64,000 bases of DNA from NCBI GenBank assembly GCA_036309465.1, contig JAXJTR010000092.1:3944-67943 (forward strand). The letters are read 5' to 3'. The notes beneath the pieces are model-generated. The model was given only the letters and a program-made list of their open reading frames with translations. It was not told the origin of the DNA and searched no databases. The position numbers and the translations under genes were made by a program. This document shows, piece by piece, positions 35,749-43,642 of this stretch. Source of the stretch: Acutalibacteraceae bacterium. GTDB lineage: Bacteria > Bacillota > Clostridia > Oscillospirales > Acutalibacteraceae. Numbering within the stretch: the first letter of the stretch is position 1; each line of letters starts with the position of its first letter.

Positions 35749-36813
35749 ATGAATTTCAAAAACACACCCTTAACTAAGGCTTCTCTGTCAGAAGCTAACT
35801 ATCAAACAAATATTATAGGCACAAACATATTTATAATTAATAAAGCTGGATTTAATGCCAGTATTAATATTTCTGAGGCTATATCAAATCCAAGTGATGA
35901 AAATATAATGCTTTCACCTGAACTGATGAAACGTCTTACTATGTGCGAAAAGCCAGCTCAGGTAATTATAGATGAAAAAAAAATAACAGTAAAAGAAGGA
36001 AAATCTAAATCTTCTCTCTGTAAATTACAAGCTCAACAACCTTTGGAAATAGAATTATCCCCCAATAACAGTGATACAATCGTTGTTAGTATCTCTGAGT
36101 TTGTTGATGCTTGTAAAACGGTGATGTTTGCAAATTCCGCACATTCGCCCCAAACAAACTATTTTTCGCTGATTGTTAACAACAACTCATTAGATATTAG
36201 TTGTTGTAATGGTTTTCAATTAGCGTGTTTTTCTATACCTTGCACTGCATCAAACACCGAGGAAGAATTTTCTATTGAAGGAACGGCACTTATAAAATTG
36301 CTACCTATTCTTAATGCTGAATGTGATAACAACGCTAATTCTAATCTAACAATTTATTTAACTAAGGGTAAAAGTAAAATTGTCTTAGCTACAGAAAATA
36401 TAATTGCAGAAATTAATTATATAAACACAGTAAAAATGAAATTAGCAAACATAATGACTGATGGAAATAGGGAATATATTGAAATTAATAAAAATGAATT
36501 ATCAAACGCAATAAAACGAATACTTCCCTTCACTGACAAAATTCAAAGCTATATCACATTAACATTATGTAATGGCGATATGATGCTCAACAACAATACT
36601 TCTATTTCTCAAAATCAAGAAACAATCACATATACAGGCAAATCAAGTTTTGAAGATACTATAAGAATAAATATTAAATTGATGCAGGACTTTGCTACTT
36701 GTATAAAGCAAGATACTATGAAAATAAGTATTGCAAATAGTATTAGTCCCATATATATTTGTTCAGAAAATAATAAATTCAAAGGTGTTTTAATGCCAGT
36801 AAGAAAAAAGTAG
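35749..36813 (+). CDS. Possible DNA polymerase III beta sliding-clamp-like protein
   Basis: 354 aa, which is clamp-sized. C-terminal GVLMPVRKK resembles the DnaN ...MPMRL end. Sits in a replication-gene neighbourhood. No strong motif seen. Confidence 0.4.
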   Translation: MNFKNTPLTKASLSEANYQTNIIGTNIFIINKAGFNASINISEAISNPSDENIMLSPELMKRLTMCEKPAQVIIDEKKITVKEGKSKSSLCKLQAQQPLEIELSPNNSDTIVVSISEFVDACKTVMFANSAHSPQTNYFSLIVNNNSLDISCCNGFQLACFSIPCTASNTEEEFSIEGTALIKLLPILNAECDNNANSNLTIYLTKGKSKIVLATENIIAEINYINTVKMKLANIMTDGNREYIEINKNELSNAIKRILPFTDKIQSYITLTLCNGDMMLNNNTSISQNQETITYTGKSSFEDTIRINIKLMQDFATCIKQDTMKISIANSISPIYICSENNKFKGVLMPVRKK

Positions 36814-36823
36814 AGGTGATATT

Positions 36824-37222
36824 ATGAAAATGTACACACAAGGAGATATTGTTCATATTCCTTCGCAACAAAATGAAAATGCAAATCTTATACATAGAGG
36901 TAGACCAGCTATCATTATAAGTAGAAACTGTGTTTCAAAATATGCAAATTTTGTATCTGTAGTATATCTCACTACGAAAAACAAAAACTCTATGGGCAGT
37001 CATATTAAATTAAAAACTGGTGGCAAAAATGCAATCGCACTTTGCGAACAAATCACTTCTTTACCAAAAGAAGAAGTAGGTGCAGTAATGGGACATATAT
37101 CTCAATCTGATATGTTAAAAGTTTCTGTTGGCATAATATGGGCTAATGTTTCAGAAGCATTATGTCAGGCTATCTATGTTACAATCTTACCCATACTACA
37201 CATTTTCAAAAAACAGGAGTGA
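36824..37222 (+). CDS. PemK/MazF-family endoribonuclease toxin-like protein
   Basis: GDIVHIPSQ...GRPAIIISRN...VSVVYLTTKN...ALCEQITSLPKE matches the PemK/MazF pattern. Confidence 0.65.
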   Translation: MKMYTQGDIVHIPSQQNENANLIHRGRPAIIISRNCVSKYANFVSVVYLTTKNKNSMGSHIKLKTGGKNAIALCEQITSLPKEEVGAVMGHISQSDMLKVSVGIIWANVSEALCQAIYVTILPILHIFKKQE

Positions 37223-37230
37223 ATAAGCTA

Positions 37231-37668
37231 ATGCTTTATTTAGTAAAAAACACAAAAAATAACGCTGATGAACAAATAATTATTGCTAATTCTGAGGATG
37301 ATGCAATAAGCATAATAAAACAACTAAAACACAAAACAGATAGTGATTTTACAGCAATCCAAATTAACAGTGATACTCCCATCTGTATTTACAGGTGCAA
37401 TCGTTGCAACAATATAGTTGTTCCAATTAGCGATAACAATAGCAACTACTCTTACGAATGTTTCTCTCACTATGAAAGCTTATATTCGATAGAAGTTTAC
37501 AAAGACAATATTCCTTATATTAAGGCATTTAATGAAATAATGCCAATTATCCATCACTTACGACAACAGGAAGTTTCTGCTCATTTGGATAATAATACTG
37601 AATTAATTGATGCTATTAACAATTTCAAGCAAGGCTTATTAAACATACTGGGGGTTTATGTAAAATAA
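37231..37668 (+). CDS. Hypothetical protein with a CxxC pair, downstream of the MazF-like gene
   Basis: ATG 37231 follows AACAGGAG. Contains CIYRCNRCNN. Confidence 0.5.
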   Translation: MLYLVKNTKNNADEQIIIANSEDDAISIIKQLKHKTDSDFTAIQINSDTPICIYRCNRCNNIVVPISDNNSNYSYECFSHYESLYSIEVYKDNIPYIKAFNEIMPIIHHLRQQEVSAHLDNNTELIDAINNFKQGLLNILGVYVK

Positions 37669-37681
37669 CAATTTATTTGTA

Positions 37682-37742
37682 TTGACAATATAAATACACG
37701 GTGTTATGCTAGAGTTACACCATTGTTGAACTCTAGCATAAC
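37682..37742 (+). promoter_or_regulatory. Promoter TTGACA-17-TATGCT overlapped by a 14-bp inverted repeat
   Basis: -35 is 37682-37687 and -10 is 37705-37710. IR GTTATGCTAGAGTT (37703-37716) pairs with AACTCTAGCATAAC (37729-37742). Confidence 0.5.
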
Positions 37743-37762
37743 ATTACATAAAGGAGAATATT

Positions 37763-38008
37763 ATGCGTACAACTAAAGATAACGCTTCTACAAACACTAA
37801 AAAATTAATTAATCTAAGTAATCCTGATAAAGAATGTTACAAACCAATGGATGGACTGAAAGGGCTGGGAACTTTCCTAGCCTTTTTGCTTGACTATTAT
37901 TTATATTATAATTATAATATAGATAAAGAGAGAAAACTTCTTTCTTTTCTCGGAGTGAAGCAATGCTACACTCAATTAATTTTTGTTGTTAGGAACAGTG
38001 TTGTTTAG
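37763..38008 (+). CDS. Small hypothetical protein
   Basis: RBS is AAAGGAGAA. The stop lies inside the terminator hairpin at 37992-38035. Confidence 0.45.
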   Translation: MRTTKDNASTNTKKLINLSNPDKECYKPMDGLKGLGTFLAFLLDYYLYYNYNIDKERKLLSFLGVKQCYTQLIFVVRNSVV

Positions 38009-38035
38009 ACAAAAGACAACACTGTTCCGTTTTTT
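37992..38035 (+). terminator. Intrinsic terminator
   Basis: GGAACAGTGTTGT / ACAACACTGTTCC stem followed by GTTTTTT. Confidence 0.7.
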
Positions 38036-38052
38036 ATAATCCTAATTTATAA

Positions 38053-38385
38053 TTGATTTTCTATTAATTCTATGATATAATGTCTTTGTTAATTATTGTG
38101 GTTTTGCTTTTATGTAAAACTTTTCTTTCTGTTCTGAATGAAGGACAGCACGTGTGTAAAATTTGTCACAGTGACAAAAACACATTTAGAAACTCTACTG
38201 TACAAGTAGAGAGCATTAAACTTATGTTTAACGCTAAGTGCTATGCACTAATTTATAATCTTTGTGATAAACACATACTTTTGTAATTGCCATTAATATT
38301 GGCTTTTTCAGAGTATGTGTTTTTTTATATATTTTTTAGAAAGGAAACGCTACCTAGGTCAGTAGCAAAATAACAACAAAAATTA
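38053..38385 (+). ncRNA. Structured RNA leader module, copy C, immediately upstream of ssb
   Basis: TTGATT (38053-38058), 17 nt, TGaTATAAT (38076-38081). Hairpins P1-P6. Terminator AACACATACTTT...AGAGTATGTGTT + T7 (ends ~38326). Then the GCTAC...GTAGC hairpin and an AACAACAAAAATT tract. Confidence 0.7.
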
Positions 38386-38417
38386 AAATTAAAATTAAAA
38401 TGAAAGAAGGCACAAAT

Positions 38418-38807
38418 ATGCTAAATCTAGGATTAATTATGGGAAGATTAACAACAACACCTGAGTTAAAAACAACAACAGGTGGTAAAACAGTAACTTC
38501 ATTCAACGTCGCAGTTGATAGAGGTAAAGACAAACCAACTGATTTTATTCCTTGTGTTGCTTGGGAAAATACAGCAGAATTTATTGCTAAATATTTTTCT
38601 AAAGGCAATCTGATTTGTTTACGAGGAACTCTGCAAAGCCGACAATACAAAGATAAAAATGGTAGCACTCACAATGTTTTAGAGTTAATAATCAGTGAAG
38701 TTAGCTTCACTGGCGAAAAAACTAATACTGCTCCTAATAATACATCACAAAATAATGATTATGATGACTGTCCTCTCCCTACGGATGATGACCTTCCATT
38801 TAATTAA
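38418..38807 (+). CDS. ssb: Single-stranded DNA-binding protein
   Basis: MLNLGLIMGRLTTTPELKTTTGGKTVTSFNVAVDR forms the OB fold. Acidic tail ends in DDDLPFN. Confidence 0.9.
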   Translation: MLNLGLIMGRLTTTPELKTTTGGKTVTSFNVAVDRGKDKPTDFIPCVAWENTAEFIAKYFSKGNLICLRGTLQSRQYKDKNGSTHNVLELIISEVSFTGEKTNTAPNNTSQNNDYDDCPLPTDDDLPFN

Positions 38808-38814
38808 AAAATTA

Positions 38815-38857
38815 AAAGCCTCTTGTAGTTTTTTCATAAAACACAAGAGGCTTTTTT
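38815..38857 (+). terminator. Intrinsic terminator after ssb
   Basis: AAAAGCCTCTTGT / ACAAGAGGCTTTT stem followed by a T-run. Confidence 0.75.
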
Positions 38858-38903
38858 ATTTGAAAAAATTCTATATGTAAAAATTCTTTTAGAGGTGGAT
38901 TAA

Positions 38904-39926
38904 ATGAACAAATATGATTTCTTTGACAAAATACAACACATAGATAATAGTAGCCAATGGCATATAGTTAATGGAGAAAATATTTATCTGGAAAGTACTA
39001 ATGGTTTATATTCAGCAGAAGAAGGGAGCAAAACCCTGTTTATATCAGCACTCTTAGGAAATACAAAGCTTCCTGTTCATCACTTAGCTTTCTCTGGTTT
39101 ACAAATAAGAGCTGGTTTCAAGCAAGCTGAATTTTTTGATAGTCCTGCTGTTTCAATTATTGACAAAGTTGATGCGTTGAATACTGGATTACACTACTGC
39201 AATCCAGAAAAAGCAGTTACTTGTTTAGAACGTGAAAATTATTACTTAGCATTTCATTCTAGTAAGTATATTCCTGTTAAACAAAGTGATATTTATAATT
39301 TATCAGATGAAATACTAGGCAAACTTGAAGGTGAATTTATCGAAGGCGAATATACACTAGAACAAACTGTTGCTCAATATCAAATAAAAGGTAAATCTAT
39401 CCTAGATACCATTTCAAACAGACTTAATCGTTATGGTGTTAAAAATACTAGCATTGCTTTATCTCTTTTTATAGTAACCTCTGATGTTGCTGTTAGCGGA
39501 ATAAATGCTTACCCAAGGTGTACCGTAAACGGAATGGATTTGCCATTATGCAAAACCGTTAAAGCACCTCATTTAGGAGAAAATCCATTGGATAAAGTAA
39601 TAGAAGGTTTAAATAATCTCGTACCTTCCATTCAGACAAGTATTGAAAAAATGGGAAAGTTACAATCTATAGAACTGGACTATCCTTTAGACGTTGCTAA
39701 TAAATTAGTAAAAAAAATGCAACTCCCTAAAAAAATTCGTAAAGAACTTAATACAGAGTTAATTGCTGAATTTAGTGGAATTACAGCCACAGCATTTGAT
39801 GTCTATTTAACTATTTGCAACATTCTTTCTTGCATTGACAACTTGATAGAAAAGTGCGTAATAGAAAATAAAATTGCAAATGTACTAGATATGTCAATAT
39901 CAGAGTGGAACTCTTTAGATAAGTAA
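38904..39926 (+). CDS. DUF932-like protein (family common in plasmid/ICE leading regions)
   Basis: YLAFHSSKYIPVKQSDIY and LFIVTSDVAVSGINAYPRCTVNGM resemble DUF932 conserved blocks. Recognised from memory only. Confidence 0.45.
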   Translation: MNKYDFFDKIQHIDNSSQWHIVNGENIYLESTNGLYSAEEGSKTLFISALLGNTKLPVHHLAFSGLQIRAGFKQAEFFDSPAVSIIDKVDALNTGLHYCNPEKAVTCLERENYYLAFHSSKYIPVKQSDIYNLSDEILGKLEGEFIEGEYTLEQTVAQYQIKGKSILDTISNRLNRYGVKNTSIALSLFIVTSDVAVSGINAYPRCTVNGMDLPLCKTVKAPHLGENPLDKVIEGLNNLVPSIQTSIEKMGKLQSIELDYPLDVANKLVKKMQLPKKIRKELNTELIAEFSGITATAFDVYLTICNILSCIDNLIEKCVIENKIANVLDMSISEWNSLDK

Positions 39927-39954
39927 AAACTAATACAGAAAGGAATATTTATAA

Positions 39955-41175
39955 ATGAGAACAAAAAAAGAACTAGAGAAAATATTTACATCAGCAAAGG
40001 TTCAATGGGAAAAGGTCGGAAGAATGTACTTAATTGATACAGAGAATATGTCTACTGAAAAATGGGAAACATTTAGAGCATATTTTTGTGGTGGCTCTGA
40101 TGCAGGGGTCATTGTAAACGGTTTAGATAAATATCGAAATACAAGAGATATTGCTGTTAGCAAGAAAACTCTTCTTGGAACATATACAGCACCTGAAAAT
40201 CCAGTATATAAAAAAGAACATTCAACAGTTTCTCTTAAAGCTGGACATTCTCTTGAAGATATGGTTGCAAAAATGTATGCAAAGATAACAGGACTTAATG
40301 TCCGTCCTCTCCACAAAATGGTTGTACGTGAGGACTTACCTTATATTGCAGTAAACTTTGACCGTATCATAATTGACAACGATGGTAAAATGCGATTGCT
40401 TGAAATTAAGACTGCCAATAATCAAAGCGAATATGTAAACTGGGGAACTTCATCCAATCCTAATATTCCAGTAGATTATTGTTCGCAATTATCAACTTAT
40501 CAAATGGTCGGTGAAGATTTATTTGACAACCGTGATGCGACTATTGTTGCCTTTATGAAGGACAGTCAAATTGGTATTTTAGCCGCACATTGTTTACCTT
40601 TGGATAAAGAATATACAGATGCTGAAATTCAAGGACTTATCAATGATGGATTAGCAGAGTCTTTAATATCAAGAACATATAAAAGAAACAAAGCATACGA
40701 AGAAATCATTGCCGAAGATGTAACATTGTTTTACAAGACGTATGTAGAAGGGAATGAACTTCCTGTTCTTAACGGAAAAAACTCCGAAGTGGACAAGGCT
40801 ACTCTAGACGAAAACACAGAAATATCTAATACACACACAATCACCATTAATAATGGTGATGTAGAGATTGCTTGTAAAGCGATACTAGAACTTACAGAGC
40901 AGAAAAAAGCTCTCGAAAAACAATTAGACGCTCTTGCAAACCAAATAGGTAATTACAAGAATGTTATAATTGAAAATCTGAATGGTTGCGAAAATGGTAT
41001 CGCAGTATGTTCTCTAAACAATAACTATTTTAGTTTATCTTACAAAGGACAACACAGAAAAAAAACCGATTATAAGAAACTCGAATTAAAACAACCAGAT
41101 GTTTATAATGAATTTGTGAAGGAATATATGACAGAACCTTCACTTAAAGTAAAATATGTGAGAAATCGTTCTTAA
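39955..41175 (+). CDS. YqaJ/lambda-exonuclease-like PD-(D/E)XK nuclease with a C-terminal coiled-coil extension
   Basis: FCGGSDAGVI, then NFDRII...LLEIKTA (D...ExK). Confidence 0.65.
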   Translation: MRTKKELEKIFTSAKVQWEKVGRMYLIDTENMSTEKWETFRAYFCGGSDAGVIVNGLDKYRNTRDIAVSKKTLLGTYTAPENPVYKKEHSTVSLKAGHSLEDMVAKMYAKITGLNVRPLHKMVVREDLPYIAVNFDRIIIDNDGKMRLLEIKTANNQSEYVNWGTSSNPNIPVDYCSQLSTYQMVGEDLFDNRDATIVAFMKDSQIGILAAHCLPLDKEYTDAEIQGLINDGLAESLISRTYKRNKAYEEIIAEDVTLFYKTYVEGNELPVLNGKNSEVDKATLDENTEISNTHTITINNGDVEIACKAILELTEQKKALEKQLDALANQIGNYKNVIIENLNGCENGIAVCSLNNNYFSLSYKGQHRKKTDYKKLELKQPDVYNEFVKEYMTEPSLKVKYVRNRS

Positions 41176-41177
41176 TC

Positions 41178-43478
41178 GTGAATAACAATACTATAGAGAT
41201 AAGCACATCATATACCAAATATGATGTGCTTTATCACCAAGACAAGTTTGCTATTATTAAAGCAAGAACTACTGATATAGAACTTATTCCTAAAGATGCA
41301 AGAGTTTCTGTAGCAAGAGATAATAAAAGTTGTTCCTTTATAATGAAAGGATACTTAAATCCTAATCCATTGCTTAAATATATAGTAACTGGCTATTTCA
41401 AAAAAGATAAAAGAGGGGTACAATTTCAAGTTCTGTCATTGAAAGAAATCTCTCCCACAGACAAAAAAGGTATTACTGAATACTTGAAAAAATGTGTTGA
41501 CGGTTGTGGTGAAATTACAGCAAACAAAATATATAATACATTTGGAGATAAAACTTTTGATGTATTGGACAATACTCCTGAACGGCTTATTGAGGTTAAG
41601 GGATTGTCAAGAAATAAGATAAAGAAAATCGTAATATCTTATCAAAACAACAAAATGATACAGATATTACAAAGTAATTTACCTAATGGAAACACTAATG
41701 ATTGTCTTAGAATTTATAATAAATATAAAGAGAAATCTTTAGATATTATCAAGAATAATCCATATCAACTTTTTGATATAAAATCATTTTCTTTTTATAA
41801 AGTTGATGAAATTGCAAAATCAAATCCTAATATATCATTAGATGATTACGAAAGGGTACAAGGAGCTATTATTTTTGTTTTAAGACAAGAAAAAACAAAG
41901 GGAAATTTATTTCTTTATCAGAAAAAGGTAATTAGCGAAGCTTACAATCTATTGAATAAGGGTTATAAAAATATAGTTTGCAATTACACTAGAATAGTTG
42001 AAGTTTTTTGCAATATGGCTAAGAACGGACATATTTTAGGGGATAACGGTAACGCCTATTTACCCAGTATCTATGAAGCCGAAACAAAATCTGCTGAAAT
42101 AGTGCTATCAATGCTTATAGCTTCTAAAAAGAACAATCAACACGTAACAAATGAAAAAGTTGCTCAATATATTAATTGGTATTGTAAAGAATATCATTTT
42201 ACTCCATCAGAACAGCAACAACAAGCCGTATATATGTGCGTTAATAATACTTTTGCTATTTTAACAGGTGGAGCTGGCACTGGAAAAACCACTACTCTCA
42301 AACTGTGCTTGAAAACATTACAAGATATTTATAACATCAACAGTAATGAAATTTTAATGTTAGCACCAACAGGTCGAGCTAGTAGAAGAATGGGAGAAAG
42401 TGTTGGTAATGAGTATGAAACAAAAACTATACACTCGGCTTTACGCATAGAGGTAAAGGATGATATTTCATTTGATGAATATTATCAAGGACTGACTGCA
42501 AAAGATATATTAGAAACTAAAAAAATAATTGTAGTTGATGAAGCAAGTATGTTAGGACAAAAGTTATTCTATACTTTAATGAAATCCATACCTTATAATT
42601 GCAGAGTATTATTAGTTGGAGATGAAAACCAGTTACCGTCCGTTGAAGCTGGCAATGTTCTAGCTGAACTCCTAAAATGTTACTGCGTTCCTGTAACCAA
42701 ATTAACTCAGATTTATAGGCAATCAGAAATAAGCCCTATTGTTGAAAATTCACACAGAATATTGGATGGCAATACTAATTTGTTATTTAATGAGGACTTT
42801 CAATTAATAGAAGCACACACTCAAGAACAAGCTAGTAATATAATAAAACAATTATACCTTAACGATAGGAATATTCAAATACTAAGTCCTATCCGAAGGA
42901 AAGGAGAAGCTGGTACAGATAATTTGAATGTCTTAATACAATCAGCAGTTAATCCTCATTCAGCTAATACACCAGAAGTAAAGCGTAATGGAATGACTTT
43001 CAGAGTAGGAGATAAAGTCATTCAAACACAAAATGTAACTATAGTAGATAAAAACACTGGTTATGAATACACTATCTCAAATGGTGATACTGGAATTATC
43101 ACAAAAATATATGACGAAGAAATAACTATATCATTTTGCGAACAAACCGTAACATATTCAATAGTAGATATGGATAACGTTTCACTTGCTTACGCTATTA
43201 CTATCCACAAATCACAAGGAAGTGAATACCCTGTAGTAGTAATCCCTTTCATTGACGACAATTTATTTTCATTTGTCGGTCAAAGACATTTAATATATAC
43301 AGGTATAACACGTGGAAAAGAAAAGGTTATATTAGTCGGAACAAAAAAAGCTATTAATAAAGCTATTAACACAAATAAAACAAATGAAAGAAAAACAATT
43401 TTATCTCAAAGAATACTAACTGGTTATGAGAAAATATATCCACATAATTCAGGGTATGAACAACAAACATTATTTTGA
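41178..43478 (+). CDS. recD2: RecD2-like SF1B DNA helicase
   Basis: LTGGAGTGKTT, IIVVDEASML, LLVGDENQLPSV and AITIHKSQGSEYPVV. Confidence 0.85.
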   Translation: MNNNTIEISTSYTKYDVLYHQDKFAIIKARTTDIELIPKDARVSVARDNKSCSFIMKGYLNPNPLLKYIVTGYFKKDKRGVQFQVLSLKEISPTDKKGITEYLKKCVDGCGEITANKIYNTFGDKTFDVLDNTPERLIEVKGLSRNKIKKIVISYQNNKMIQILQSNLPNGNTNDCLRIYNKYKEKSLDIIKNNPYQLFDIKSFSFYKVDEIAKSNPNISLDDYERVQGAIIFVLRQEKTKGNLFLYQKKVISEAYNLLNKGYKNIVCNYTRIVEVFCNMAKNGHILGDNGNAYLPSIYEAETKSAEIVLSMLIASKKNNQHVTNEKVAQYINWYCKEYHFTPSEQQQQAVYMCVNNTFAILTGGAGTGKTTTLKLCLKTLQDIYNINSNEILMLAPTGRASRRMGESVGNEYETKTIHSALRIEVKDDISFDEYYQGLTAKDILETKKIIVVDEASMLGQKLFYTLMKSIPYNCRVLLVGDENQLPSVEAGNVLAELLKCYCVPVTKLTQIYRQSEISPIVENSHRILDGNTNLLFNEDFQLIEAHTQEQASNIIKQLYLNDRNIQILSPIRRKGEAGTDNLNVLIQSAVNPHSANTPEVKRNGMTFRVGDKVIQTQNVTIVDKNTGYEYTISNGDTGIITKIYDEEITISFCEQTVTYSIVDMDNVSLAYAITIHKSQGSEYPVVVIPFIDDNLFSFVGQRHLIYTGITRGKEKVILVGTKKAINKAINTNKTNERKTILSQRILTGYEKIYPHNSGYEQQTLF

Positions 43479-43482
43479 AATT

Positions 43483-43527
43483 AGAACCTACACAGTACAT
43501 TTTGTATTGTTGTAGGTTCTTTTTTTA
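43483..43527 (+). terminator. Intrinsic terminator after the helicase gene
   Basis: AGAACCTACA / TGTAGGTTCT stem followed by T7. Confidence 0.75.
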
Positions 43528-43642
43528 TATATGTCACGCCTATTGAAATATTGATTATCTGTGCTAAATATGATATAATAATATTATAATATATATTCTT
43601 TTTGACTGGATGGAGTGAATAGGAAAGAGGTGTTATTTAGAA

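Noticed and set aside
38080-38286. A 68-aa ORF (and its 67-aa twin at 55692-55895) sharing ...NSTVQVESIKLMFNAKCYALIYNL..., which could be read as a conserved small protein
   Set aside because: The similarity comes from the repeated RNA-module nucleotides. The ATG overlaps the -10 (TATAATG), so it should lie upstream of the transcription start, and there is no RBS. In copy B an indel shifts the frame into an early stop, and copy A has no equivalent ORF. Substitutions between copies preserve hairpins rather than codons.
38053-38326. The four-copy module as a single-stranded-DNA element (Frpo-like ssDNA promoter or ssoA-type single-strand origin). The minus strand of copies B-D even contains TAGCGT, the ssoA CS-6 hexamer.
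   Set aside because: This was not adopted as the primary reading. Each copy has a canonical duplex promoter and a canonical intrinsic terminator on the plus strand. Wobble pairs overwhelmingly favour plus-strand folding, whereas the inferred T-strand is the minus strand. The TAGCGT sits at a stem junction rather than in a loop, is absent from copy A, and a 6-mer match can easily arise by chance. It remains a testable alternative.
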